A stretch of DNA of 64,000 nt from Eledone cirrhosa (Eukaryota): contig OZ024741.1 in NCBI GenBank assembly GCA_964016885.1, forward strand, positions 349,742,001 to 349,806,000, written 5' to 3'. The position numbers and the translations under genes are program-made. Positions 52,339 through 64,000 of the stretch are shown here, piece after piece. Below the pieces are notes generated by a model. That model saw only the letters and a program-made list of their open reading frames with translations, ran no database searches and was not told where the DNA came from. Position 1 is the first letter of the stretch. Each line of letters opens with the position of its first letter.

Positions 52339-53837
52339 TTATTTTGTATGCAAATTTCATGTCAGTTCCTCTAATGAAATTGTTTAAATAGCGCAGTGGT
52401 GTTTTTCATCTTCTATATAGAGGTTGGGTCGTCTTTATGCAAAATATTATCTATTGTCCTTACGAAGCATTTGTATCCATGTTCAGTCTGATTTCTCATG
52501 GTAGTTAAAGGCGTTAGTGCCAGAAAGAAAAGGAGTGGATAGCGGGTGTCCCTTTGAAACATTTCTCCTGTTATATAGAAATGGGGGTAAGTTTTAAAGG
52601 GAGGAGTGCGGGGTTGTGTCCTGAATATATTTTTAGTAAAATAAGTTGGATTACTTTGAATAAATAATTGTTTCTACTTTAGGCACAAGGCCAGCAATCA
52701 CCCAGTACATTACTGGTACTTTATTTTATCGACCCCGACTGTATCTGCAGATTTGATGGTCATTTACTCATTACTTATTTAATGTATTCGCTACTGTTCT
52801 TGTGCTACCATTCTTGTGGCTAATGTTTCAAAGATTTACCTGTGGGTGGGAAAGTCTGTTAAAATATTTCTGGTAGTTTATTCATGCCTTGCTCAGACCC
52901 CCTCCCCTTCTTTCCTCTCGTCCTACAGTACTCGGTCGTGGACTTGTTGAATAGTAATCCATTTTTACATTCATAAAATCTTTTGCAGCATTCTTTCTGC
53001 TTTTCTGGAACCAGATCGTTTTATTTCTATTTTTCATGATGTTTATTTAACTTCTGCAATACTGTTGCAGTTAAGGCTTTGTAAACTACAAGAAGGCAGG
53101 TTATGAGTCAATAGTTTTAAGTAAGCCAATCAATTAACAATTGCACCATAGAGCAAATGCTTTAATATTTTTTTATGATAATAAATGTGGAATTTGTAGC
53201 CATATCTGATATACTGGATATGTTGACCTCAATGTTTGAACACAATGACTCATATGCTGTTCCCACGCTGCGTTGACTCTGTCTGCAGTAGTTGTGATGT
53301 AACCAGGGCTACTAAATAATATTCACAAAATATTGAAATCACTAGAATAGAAAGTGTAGATTATGTCTATAAGAAAATGATACAATCTAACGTTTTCTCT
53401 CTTATCTTTAACTTGTAACTCGTGGTGTAGTTGTAAGGGCGTCGTAGTGACATACAACGTGCGTTGGGTAAGTGAAACCTGGTGGAGTTTATCCCCTCAC
53501 CAGGTCTGATCACAACCGATTTCTTCTAGAGAATGTGAGAGAGAGTGAGAGAGAGGAAGTGAGAAAGAAATATAGATGAATAATTGACTCCTGTACTGGA
53601 CTGGTGCTTCTTATTTTGACCTCGAAAGGATGAAAGGCAAAGTTGATGTCAGCAGGATTTGAATTCGGAGCAAAGTGGTCCGAAACGAATAGCGCAAAGC
53701 ATTATATCCGACGTTCTAACGACTCTGCCAATTTCCCACTAACAATCTAAATTTAGATTTCTTTAAAAGGAGGTTCAAATCTCTTTAATATAGTCAGAAG
53801 ACTTGTTACTTGATGCAACTAAATGATGGTAGTAGAG

Positions 53838-53953
<116 letters not shown>

Positions 53954-54179
53954 CAGAAAAATATGTGTTTAAAATTACGAGGGCTGGAAAACCACCTTGG
54001 TATGAAGAATATAATCCATGAGGCAAACAGAAAATACATGATAACCAGAAAAAAATTGAATTAAAATGTACAAACGATTTCAATAACTATTAATCTCCTG
54101 CACAGATTACAAAAGTAGTCTGTTTCGTTGTAAAAATTTGTGTTTGTAACATATAATCGTTTAACGGGAGATGGAAATT

Positions 54180-54425
54180 ATATACAACAAACACCTAGAG
54201 GTAAATTAAGTAACTAAATATGACAAGAGGGAAAAAATACCTCATGCGCATGCAGTGCAAAGTGGCGTGAGTGGATCGTATAACGGCTAGAAATGGTAGC
54301 CTAAATTCACTCAACTTGTTAGCTCAACAAAACAAGGAGCCGAATTTCAAATATAAAGCAGAGTTAAATACTCCCTCGTGTGATATTTAGTTACCTAATT
54401 TACCTCTAGGTCTTTGTTGTATATA
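54180..54425. mobile_element. MITE-like element with about 52-bp TIRs at TA
   Basis: atatacaacaaacacctagaggtaaattaagtaactaaatat / atatttagttacctaatttacctctaggtctttgttgtatat. Confidence 0.7.
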
Positions 54426-54820
54426 TATTTACATATATATATATATATATATGCACTTATTCACGTAACAGTCACCAATCAAATTACAATTTTAAAAAAA
54501 ACAACAATTTGAGCCACATTTTTTAAGGCAAATACAATAAGAACTTTCGAACAGGAGCTGGTGCAAAATTTATTGTACTTATTCACGTGATAGTCATCAA
54601 CCAACCAAATTACTTTTAAAAAACCCAGCAATTTGAGCCACTTTCTTCGTATAAAACAGAAAGAACTATCGGACACGAACCAGATGCGAGACAAACCACA
54701 ACAGAAACCAATCCTCCATTTCAATATTGCTTTTGAAAATCACAAGAACTGTGAAACCGGGAAAGTAAATAAATAAATATTCTAAAAAGACTTCAGATGC
54801 ATTTTCAACTTCTTTTCCTT

Positions 54821-54917
<97 letters not shown>

Positions 54918-55865
54918 TATATATATATAATTCTAGTTCTATAAGAAACGTAGCTAAGTTGGCAACATGAAGTAAAGTTGCAGTTGAGCAGTTGTCTATA
55001 ATAATCTAACAGTATCACCATTTATAAATGTATGACCCCGCTAGATTATATCCTCTATAACCCTGAATTGGGGAAATAGTCGGTTACTGTGAAATTAAGA
55101 ATCCGTAGTTTGGGATTAAATCAACAAATTTCTAAATCCACAGCTATTAAAGGCAATAACTGCTTTAATTGCAGTTTTCTAAAGTACAGAAAAAAATGCA
55201 AATATCTCACACACACATATCATTAAACCACGACACCAATATCAACACATCTATGTGGTCACTAGACCAGCTAGAAATGAGAGCCAGATCTTAATGACAC
55301 CATAAACCTCCTTTTCTAGAAAATGGAGTGATCCATGGAATAGTGTAGTCTTAGATATATTATATCCGAAAATGAAGATGTGATTGTTGTAGTGGAATGC
55401 ATATGACAATATTATTGATAGAGCTGACAATAATTGCAACCACAACAAAATTCACAACTAAATTTGTAAATTCACAACGCAATTGATATATTCACACTGA
55501 AATTTCCGTAATCACAATAAAATCTTTACATTTTCACAAAAAAATTCACGCATACATGGCATATTTCCACAAATCACAACGCAATTACTTTACATAATTA
55601 CAAGAAAACTCACACATCCAAGGCTGCGTAGCATAACAGAATATTAACAAAATGGATTGCCGAACAGCAACTCGTGATCTACAGAAACAATGCTGGAATG
55701 TATGATATACTTATGGAAATATGTAAATAACATTTGGAATTGGAAAAATTAAATAAATAAATAATTTAGATCGTAATTCTCTAAGTCCCTCCCTATCACT
55801 TCGGCTCTCTCTCTCTCTCTCACACTCTCTCTCGCTCTCTCTCTCTCCATCTCTCTCCCTCTCTC

Positions 55866-55896
<31 letters not shown>

Positions 55897-55940
55897 GTTA
55901 TGGAATACTGTTAGCTTCTCGCTACAACAATTTCTATACT

Positions 55941-55990
<50 letters not shown>

Positions 55991-55994
55991 GTAT

Positions 55995-56031
<37 letters not shown>

Positions 56032-56060
56032 CATACATATATGTGTATATATATAATATA

Positions 56061-56183
<123 letters not shown>

Positions 56184-56437
56184 TATGCACGTGTGTGTGA
56201 GTGTGTGAATTGTGGTGTTACAATAGATTAGATTGTTCGTATTTATAACCTAATTTAAATGTAGCGTATGTAGACCGACATTACACTACGTCCTCTTCTT
56301 TTTTGTTTAAACAATATGGCGTTATTCATGGTAGATTTGACTGCTTTTTCTAGCATTTCGAATATTTTGTGAGATCACGTAAAGGGACCCCTTTGGGTCA
56401 GTTGTTTGTCGTTTTTATTTGTGTATGTTGTATCTTG

Positions 56438-56740
56438 AAGGCGCGTGGCTTTGTGGTTAAGATATTCCGCTCACAATCGTAAGGCCGTGAGTTCGATTCC
56501 CAGCGGCGCCTTGTGTCCTTGAGGAAGATACTTTATTTCACGTTGCTCCAATCCACTCAGCTGGAAAAAATGAGTTGTACTTATAATTCGAAGGGCCAGC
56601 ATTGTCACGCTGAATCTCCCAGAGATACTTTAAGGGTACGCGTGTCTGTGGAATGCTCAGTCACTTGCATGTTAATTTCACGAGCTGTCTGTTTCGTTGA
56701 TCAGATCAATTGGAACACTCCTCGTCGTTACCGACGGAGA
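56438..56740 (+). mobile_element. CORE-type SINE, longer subfamily
   Basis: gaaggcgcgtggct..gagttcgattcc..tgtgtccttgag..tttatttcacgttgctcca. Confidence 0.75.
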
Positions 56741-57124
56741 GCCATATCTTTGTTTGATCCTACTAAAGATATAAGATGACTGATTGGACTGAATCAGAGC
56801 AAATGGGGATTCCCATCTTGTCTCTACCCATGCACGGTATCTATGGCTTAACTGTCGGAAGTCAAATTGTCGTTGCTTGATGGCAATTGATATTGCCATT
56901 TAACCCTAGGTCAGCCACGATCAAGCGAATCTATGAAAAAAGATGCTCTATCATGTCTTTTTCTATGAGTGGTTCTATGCACTCTATGCAATAGAATGTG
57001 AATAGTCCTTTCCATAGTCTTCCACACAGTTTCCGCCTGCAAATAGTTCCCACCTCCCTGCTTTGGTTGACCTAATAAAGTTGCCCAAAATACCACACAG
57101 TAGTGTGCCTGCGTTCACGCGCAC

Positions 57125-57433
57125 ACGTGTGTGTGTATGTGGATGTGTGTGTATGTGTACATGTGTTGGTATGTGGATGTGTGGGTATGTGTACATGTGT
57201 TGGTATGTGGATGTGTGTGTATGTGTACATGTGTTGGTATGTGTATGTGTGTACATGTGTGTGTATGTGTACATGTGTGGGTATGTGTACATGCGTGAGT
57301 ATGTGCCCATGTGTGTGTATGTGTACATGTGTTGGTATGTGTATGTGTGTACATGTGTGTGTATGTGTACATGTGTGGGTATGTATACATGTGTGAGTAT
57401 GTGCCCATGTGTGGGTATGTGTACATGTGTGGG
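57125..57433. repeat. Minisatellite built on gtatgtgtacatgtgt(tg/gg/gt) units
   Basis: Direct reading; about 16-18 bp subunits. Confidence 0.9.
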
Positions 57434-57896
57434 TAAACAAAAGCCCTCAGATTTGACGTAATATAAAGCAGGTACAAATTCTAATTTCGTTCTCGTACCT
57501 TCTCTTCCCCATACTATTTCCAGACATAACCAGACAATTTGTTTTCTCATTCTATCTTTTCTGGCTCACTCTCCTCCTAGCCACCCACCCCCACCTCCAC
57601 CACCACCATCACATTGGTGTTGTGGGTTTTTTTACACTCTTTCCTCTTTTTTCTTCTCCTTTTCCTTCACCACTCACTTCTGCCGGAAGTTGCTTCTGGA
57701 AGATTATTTCTGTCGGACGCTGTTCAATAATACAGCTCAGAAACAAAACACGTGCTTGGAATTAAAGGATGAACCTTCACCTTATTTGGGAAGTTACTGA
57801 ATGTTATTCCTTAATGTGATTTACTTCTTTCCTTCTTTTCTTCTTTACATCCATCATTCATCCATTCACAATTTTTGTCTTACTTTTCCTTCTAAT

Positions 57897-57984
<88 letters not shown>

Positions 57985-58069
57985 CGTATCCGCCCCTTTG
58001 TTTACGAGATGTTTCTTTTGATTTGATATAATTTGATATACGTCTTTTGGCGTTATTTCTCTCCTCTTG

Positions 58070-58213
<144 letters not shown>

Positions 58214-58794
58214 TCTCTATCTCTATTTATCTATCTATCTAGATACTTATGTGTGTGTGCAGGTCTGCGTATGTGTTTATTCAAATGTACACGTATACAT
58301 GCATATAGACACACACACACATACACACACACATACACACACACATACACACACATATATATATATATATATATATCCACCACATTGTTATTGCCTCGTC
58401 TAGCCACTTATGGCCGTCTGTATTTCAACTGCTGTTGTCGGTTTTCTCGCAGAACTCCGCATCTTCTGTTGAGAGTCGAGATAGGCCGTCGAATTTACAT
58501 TTCTGCTCTCTTCCAACTGTTGTGCAAAGTGCCGCTTGAATGGAGTGCACATTTGGCTGGAATCAAGCAGCAGACGCCAGGCATAGTCCTTCAAAGACTG
58601 AACTGAGCCTTTACTGCCATGCTGTGACTCTGCTACTTAGGTTCATCGAACAGCTCTTATTCCTTCGTATCACTGCGCACCACCACGTGTAACATAAAAT
58701 TTATAACAGAGACTAAGAAAATATAAAACTTACATGTCCAATAGCCAAAAAAGCTGAATAGAGAGGAAGTAGAAAAGGGAAATACAAAAAGAAA

Positions 58795-59330
58795 TGGCTA
58801 CGAAGCATTGGATTAAAAGCCGAGTCGGAAGGATTTCTGATTGCAGCAGAAGACCAATTCACCCCAACCAGAAACCACCAGAAGTACATAATGAAGCAGA
58901 ACATAGCAAGTAACTGCAGACTATGTGGAGGTGGAGAGGAAACAATTAACCACATTATCTTTGTCTGTCCAGTATTAGCCAAAAAGGAATACATCCACAG
59001 ACATGTCTGTGAACACTGACAGAACAATCAAGGCCAACAGATCTGGTATAATGGTAAAAGTCCAAAAAGAGAAAACGTGTTTTTTAATTGACATGAGCAT
59101 TCCATCAGATCATAACATCTCATCGAAAGAGTTTGGAAAACTCAGTAAGTATAAAGATCTATCAATTGAAATTGAGAAAATGTGGCATCTTAAGGTCTGT
59201 ACATTACCTGTGTTAGTCGGTGCACCTGGAATGATAAAAAAAAGGGAACTGAAAAACATTTGGACAGGCTACCTGGAAAGTCGTCTCTGCAAGAGATACA
59301 GAAAATAGTGCTGACTGGTACTGCTCAGAT
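58795..59330 (+). mobile_element. R4/Dong-clade LINE C-terminal fragment (CCHC knuckle plus restriction-like endonuclease)
   Basis: LKAESEGFLIAAEDQ...CRLC...ETINHIIFVCPVLA..YIHRH; then FLIDMSIP...KLSKYKDL...PVLVGAPG; internal deletion. Confidence 0.85.
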
Positions 59331-59867
59331 CAATTGAAAAACTTTGAAGGTGATGTATGTCATTGTGGGAAGTGTGAGAAGATAGCCGAGAGAAAAGGGT
59401 GGGTGTATGCTAAAAGACTGCATGAAGAGAGTGGAAGTTAAGAATTTGGGATTAAAGGTAGAAAGTGACAGTGCAAAGAAGGAAAAACATAAGGATTCCA
59501 AACAAAGAGAGAGGACTGGATAGAAGGATTAATGAGTTATCTCGAATATCTGGATGTTCAGATCATGTTTCGCTTCACTGATATGTAGTAGAGACCGATC
59601 TCGAAGTAATTAACCTACAATTTCAGAGCTGCAAGAACAGCAATAATTGGAGTTCATGATTGAACAACCCATGGAGTGGATTGCCTTTTTTATTCAAATT
59701 AAATTAATTTTTATTGCAAGCTTCAGTGCAAAGAAACAATCACTACCATGACACGTTATCGTTACCAAACACTCATTTATACAGTCAGTAACCACATACA
59801 GAAACAAATACTTACATATGTATAATATATATGTGTGTGTGTGTGTGTGTGTGACAGAGTGAGTGTA

Positions 59868-59927
<60 letters not shown>

Positions 59928-60023
59928 AGTGAGTGTATGTGTGTGTGTTTTAGTGTGCGTGCGTATATATATGTGTGTACACAGTTACTAACATCATACA
60001 TGTGTGTGTGCGTGAGTGTATGC

Positions 60024-60072
<49 letters not shown>

Positions 60073-60430
60073 TTTATGCGTGTGTCTTTGTGTGTACACT
60101 GTTGCTAACACCATACATATGCGTTGTGTGTGTGCGTGAGTGTATGCGTGTGTGTATGAGTGTATGCGTGTGTTTGTGTCTGTGCGTGAGTGTATGCGTG
60201 TGTGTGTGTATATATGCGTGAGTGTATGAGTGTGTGTGTGTGTATGAGTGTATGCGTGTGTGTATCTGTGTGTGTGTGTGTGAGTGTATGCGTGAAAATA
60301 TATGTGTGTACACAGTTACTAACACCATACATATATGTGTGGTAACTATAACATTATTATAATCATTGTTCCTTTGCATTCAAGCTTACCATAAATTCTT
60401 TTTTTTTTAATGCATTCGCAGGAAATTTAA

Positions 60431-61344
60431 CTCTTTAGCATTCACATTACTCTACACTAGCAGAAAACCACACTTCGGGTGGTTTTCTGCTAGCATGTGT
60501 AGTGTGTATATTGATATTATACGCAAGTACGAGTATATATACATCAAATAAAATCGTAATTGACAATATACACAGAAATTGAACGAAGACTGCGTTACAC
60601 TGTCTTATGTAATCAGTAAAGTAATCCATGATACATTAAAAAAAGATGATATTATAAATAAACTGCATTAGGAGAAAATTAGTGACGGAAATATATGAAT
60701 GTTTATTTAAGCGATCGCTAATCGGGAGTGTTGACATTTGAAAATTTTAAAGAAGTGAATCTTTAAATAAGTCATAAAATATATTTAATGAACAGCTACG
60801 AAATTTAGTGGATAAATTATGTAATATTCATTCATTATTTATTCAAAGTAATCCAACTTACTTTTATCCCGTTTATTTTACAAACGGGATAAAAAAATAT
60901 ATATTCTGGATGCAGTCCCGCACTCCTTACTTTATTATAGTTTAGATTTGCTATTGTATTTTCACAGAAAAGACTTTATCTTATATAATTATCTTACATA
61001 ATATTGAATCTATGAGATTTTGATATTATTTATTTTGAGAGCCGGTGGATTGGCAGTATCGGTACAAGGTCTCACGCCATGCTTTACAGCAAAGAGTTAC
61101 GGCCCTTTATGGTCTGAGTTCAAATCCCACCGAGGCTAACTTTGCCTTTCATCCTTACGGGGTCGATAAAATAAAGCACCAGTAATACACTGGGATAATT
61201 GCTGGCCTTGTGCCAAAAGTAGAAACAATTATTTATTTTGAGAACAATACCTCAACGTCAATATGAGCCGTCGATTATGACCGGTTTAAAGAGAAAGAGG
61301 TGAGACAATTCTGGCCGGATATGGTTGGTTTAAATGCTAAAGGG
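60431..61344. mobile_element. piggyBac-like non-autonomous element with nested insertions
   Basis: TTAA-ctctttagcatt ... aatgctaaaggg-TTAA; contains the 60452-60929 element and a SINE at 61040-61230. Confidence 0.7.
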
Positions 61345-61822
61345 TTAAGTCATATAAACTTTTTCAACCAACCATGTTCCCACATCGCTAACAATGCCAT
61401 ATAACTGTAGCTACGTTTCTCTCCATTAGAGTATTTATTAATTATTACTACGTCATTTCATTCAAAACATGTTTCACATTCTTGAATCATCTCCTTCGCC
61501 ATTAATAGTTGTTATAAATCAATCAACGTTAAATCCACATTTTTTTCCTCTCCGGTTGTGCGTCTGCTAGCATTGTTAGGTTGTTGTTGTTTTTTTACTT
61601 CAATTCAGTTAGCGTATTAACCGACTTCATTCACATTTCATCTTTGCTTTATTATAAATTGACATTTGGAAAAATATTCAGAAAATATCTTGATCATCCT
61701 GTAAATGTCGAGTATATTAAATTAACATTTTGCTCTACATATGTTATGTATTAAGTACTTGCTATTCGACAGTGGCTACTATTGTTTTCAACAACAGATT
61801 GTTAATCATTCACACACACACA

Positions 61823-61912
<90 letters not shown>

Positions 61913-61950
61913 CACACACATATATATATAAACATTAATATATATATATA

Positions 61951-62165
61951 TTGTTGCATTTGGGGAGGGTCATATTGTTATAATATTGCCAGAAATAATA
62001 ATAGAACACACTCAGTTTGGTTTTGGGTTGGTTTTCGCTTCTGTATCTTTTATATCTCCATAATTAATTTATCTGGCAATCAATGTTTATCATTGATTGA
62101 CCAACGGTTAAAAATACAGATAAAAATATATATATATATAGTCTACCAAAGTTCTTTCGTCACAC
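61951..62165 (-). mobile_element. Family E pLTR tail copy
   Basis: Homology to 63040-63215. Confidence 0.75.
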
Positions 62166-62745
62166 ATATGTGTGTATGTATATATATATATATATATATT
62201 ATGTCAGGTAGCTCTCGAGTGTTACTGGTAACATGTAATCCAGTACAACCTGTCTCATGGTCGGGTCATCGACGACTAAACCGGCAACCCCACCAAGCTT
62301 GGTCGGTGAGGAGGGTGATATTTGGACACCCTGCGGGATGAAATACATCACCCGGCAGAGGGCGGCGGAACTCAACAGAGACAACGGCCATCCAAATAGT
62401 ACTTTTTTTCCACCTAGGAGTGAAAGGCCTCCAGTTGTTGTCACAATTGTTGTCACAGAGGTAAACTGTGAAAAAAAACCTGCGGCTTCGGAAGCATCCG
62501 ATAATGTTGACCAGTTCTCCTTCTCGGGTAGTGTTTTCGATGCTCAGAGAGTGGGATTGGTCGAGTGCAAGGCCGTTCCACTTTAAAAACCTTCAAAGAA
62601 TAGGCATTGCTTGTTCAGGATCTGTTACAGGTTCGTGTAGATGGCAGAAGCCTAACAGTGCACCATTTTCTGTAGTCTGACAAGCAATTACCCTTAGCAG
62701 AAATGTCGTTTCATTTTTTCCGTTTACATATATATATATATATAT

Positions 62746-62845
<100 letters not shown>

Positions 62846-62846
62846 C

Positions 62847-62983
<137 letters not shown>

Positions 62984-62989
62984 GTATAT

Positions 62990-64000
62990 ATATTGTTTTC
63001 CAAGGTTTTTGATACGAAATCGTGTGTCGAAACAAATATTGTTATACTTGGGGAGGGTCATATTGTTATAATATTCCCAGAAATAATAACAGAACACACT
63101 CACTGTTTGGTTGGTTTTCGCTTCTGTATCTTTTATATCGCCACAGTTAATTCATTTGACCAGCGGTTAAAAATACAGATATAAATATATATATAGTCTA
63201 TCAAAGTTCTTTCGTTTTACATCTGCAACATCATCAGTAATACTATTATGTTTCCTCCCATTGTATTGTACTGTATGTCTACGCCATTTTTATTTTTATT
63301 TATTTATTTATTTATTTCTTCTTGTCTCTGTCTCTGCGCATGCGTTTGCGTGTGTGTATAGTGTTTGGTGTGCGTGTTGGCGTTTGAGTGTATGTGTTTT
63401 TGTTTTTGTATTCTATCTTTGTTCACTAGTGTGTGTTTATATGTGTTTATTGTTATTGTACATATTTATTTATTTATTTACATTTCCCTTCAGTCAGTAT
63501 TGTTTGGGTATGGTTGCTGTTGTTATTCCATTCGTTTTTTTTTCTGTTTAACTTCGGTCTTCTTAGTTCTATCTCAGTTGTTTCTCTGATTTGCCTACCT
63601 GTAGACTAATTTCTATGCTTAGATATTATTTTCATTTCTATGTTGTCTATATAACCGTTATGTCTTTGTCTGGCGTGTTCGTATAGTACTGAACCGTTTT
63701 TTTTTTGTTTTTTTGTCCTATGTATGTCATCGACATGTTTCTGCAAATACCCTCTGTCCATCTTTGACTATAGACTACATTTCTAGTTTTACAGTTTATC
63801 TGGGGGTTCATTTTACATATAACACATGTCTTAGTAGTGCAGTGGGTTTTCTTAAAGGAGTATGTCTTGCTGATCAGGGATTTTATGGTAGTTCCTGGCT
63901 TTTCTACCATTTTAATTTTTAAATGGGTCTTTCTTAGGGCCTTTCTACACTGGTTAGCTAATTTCCTTCCAGGGGTAGCATCCACGAACATGACACTCTG
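62990..64000 (-). mobile_element. Family E Penelope-like element 3' end (degenerate GIY-YIG ORF 63647-63991, 3' UTR, pLTR)
   Basis: FVDATPG..LA...IKMVEKPGTTIKSL...C..C..C...CKTRNVVY...YIG; runs off the window. Confidence 0.75.
63193..63246 (-). ncRNA. Type I hammerhead ribozyme in family E pLTR
   Basis: AUAGUAUUA-CUGAUGA-UGUU..AAC-GAAA-GAAC-UU-UGAU(AG)ACUAU. Confidence 0.6.

Noticed and set aside
53475-53515. GAAA-CCUGGUG...CACCAGG-UC, resembling HHR stem III with GUC
   Set aside because: No correctly placed CUGANGA or stem I/II on either side.

Overview
AT-rich eukaryotic intergenic or intronic DNA with no supportable host protein-coding gene. The repeat content ((TA)n/(CA)n/(GATA)n microsatellites, tRNA-derived SINEs, Penelope-like elements) suggests an invertebrate, most likely an octopod cephalopod (inference). 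The centrepiece is a near-intact Penelope-like retroelement (PLE) of Naiad type at 27250-30807. It encodes RT plus a GIY-YIG endonuclease, split by one frameshift in an A7 run, and is flanked by inverted pseudo-LTRs that each fold into a hammerhead ribozyme (HHR) with a compensated U3-A8 core. About 11 short fold-back derivatives of it sit in (TA)n tracts. Reading the unique islands between microsatellites by hand shows about 11 unrelated type-I HHR families. Some are canonical and minimal, some have 60-115 nt stem II expansions, and one has a fixed U4A core change. Many belong to asymmetric hairpin mini-elements (short arm plus long arm with tail) inserted in microsatellites. Also present: Tx1/L1-like LINE 3' ends in (GATA)n, RTE and R4/Dong LINE fragments, a Chapaev3-like transposon, hAT, mariner, piggyBac and Helitron remnants, and two SINE families. 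All RNA structures were paired by eye and none is experimentally tested.
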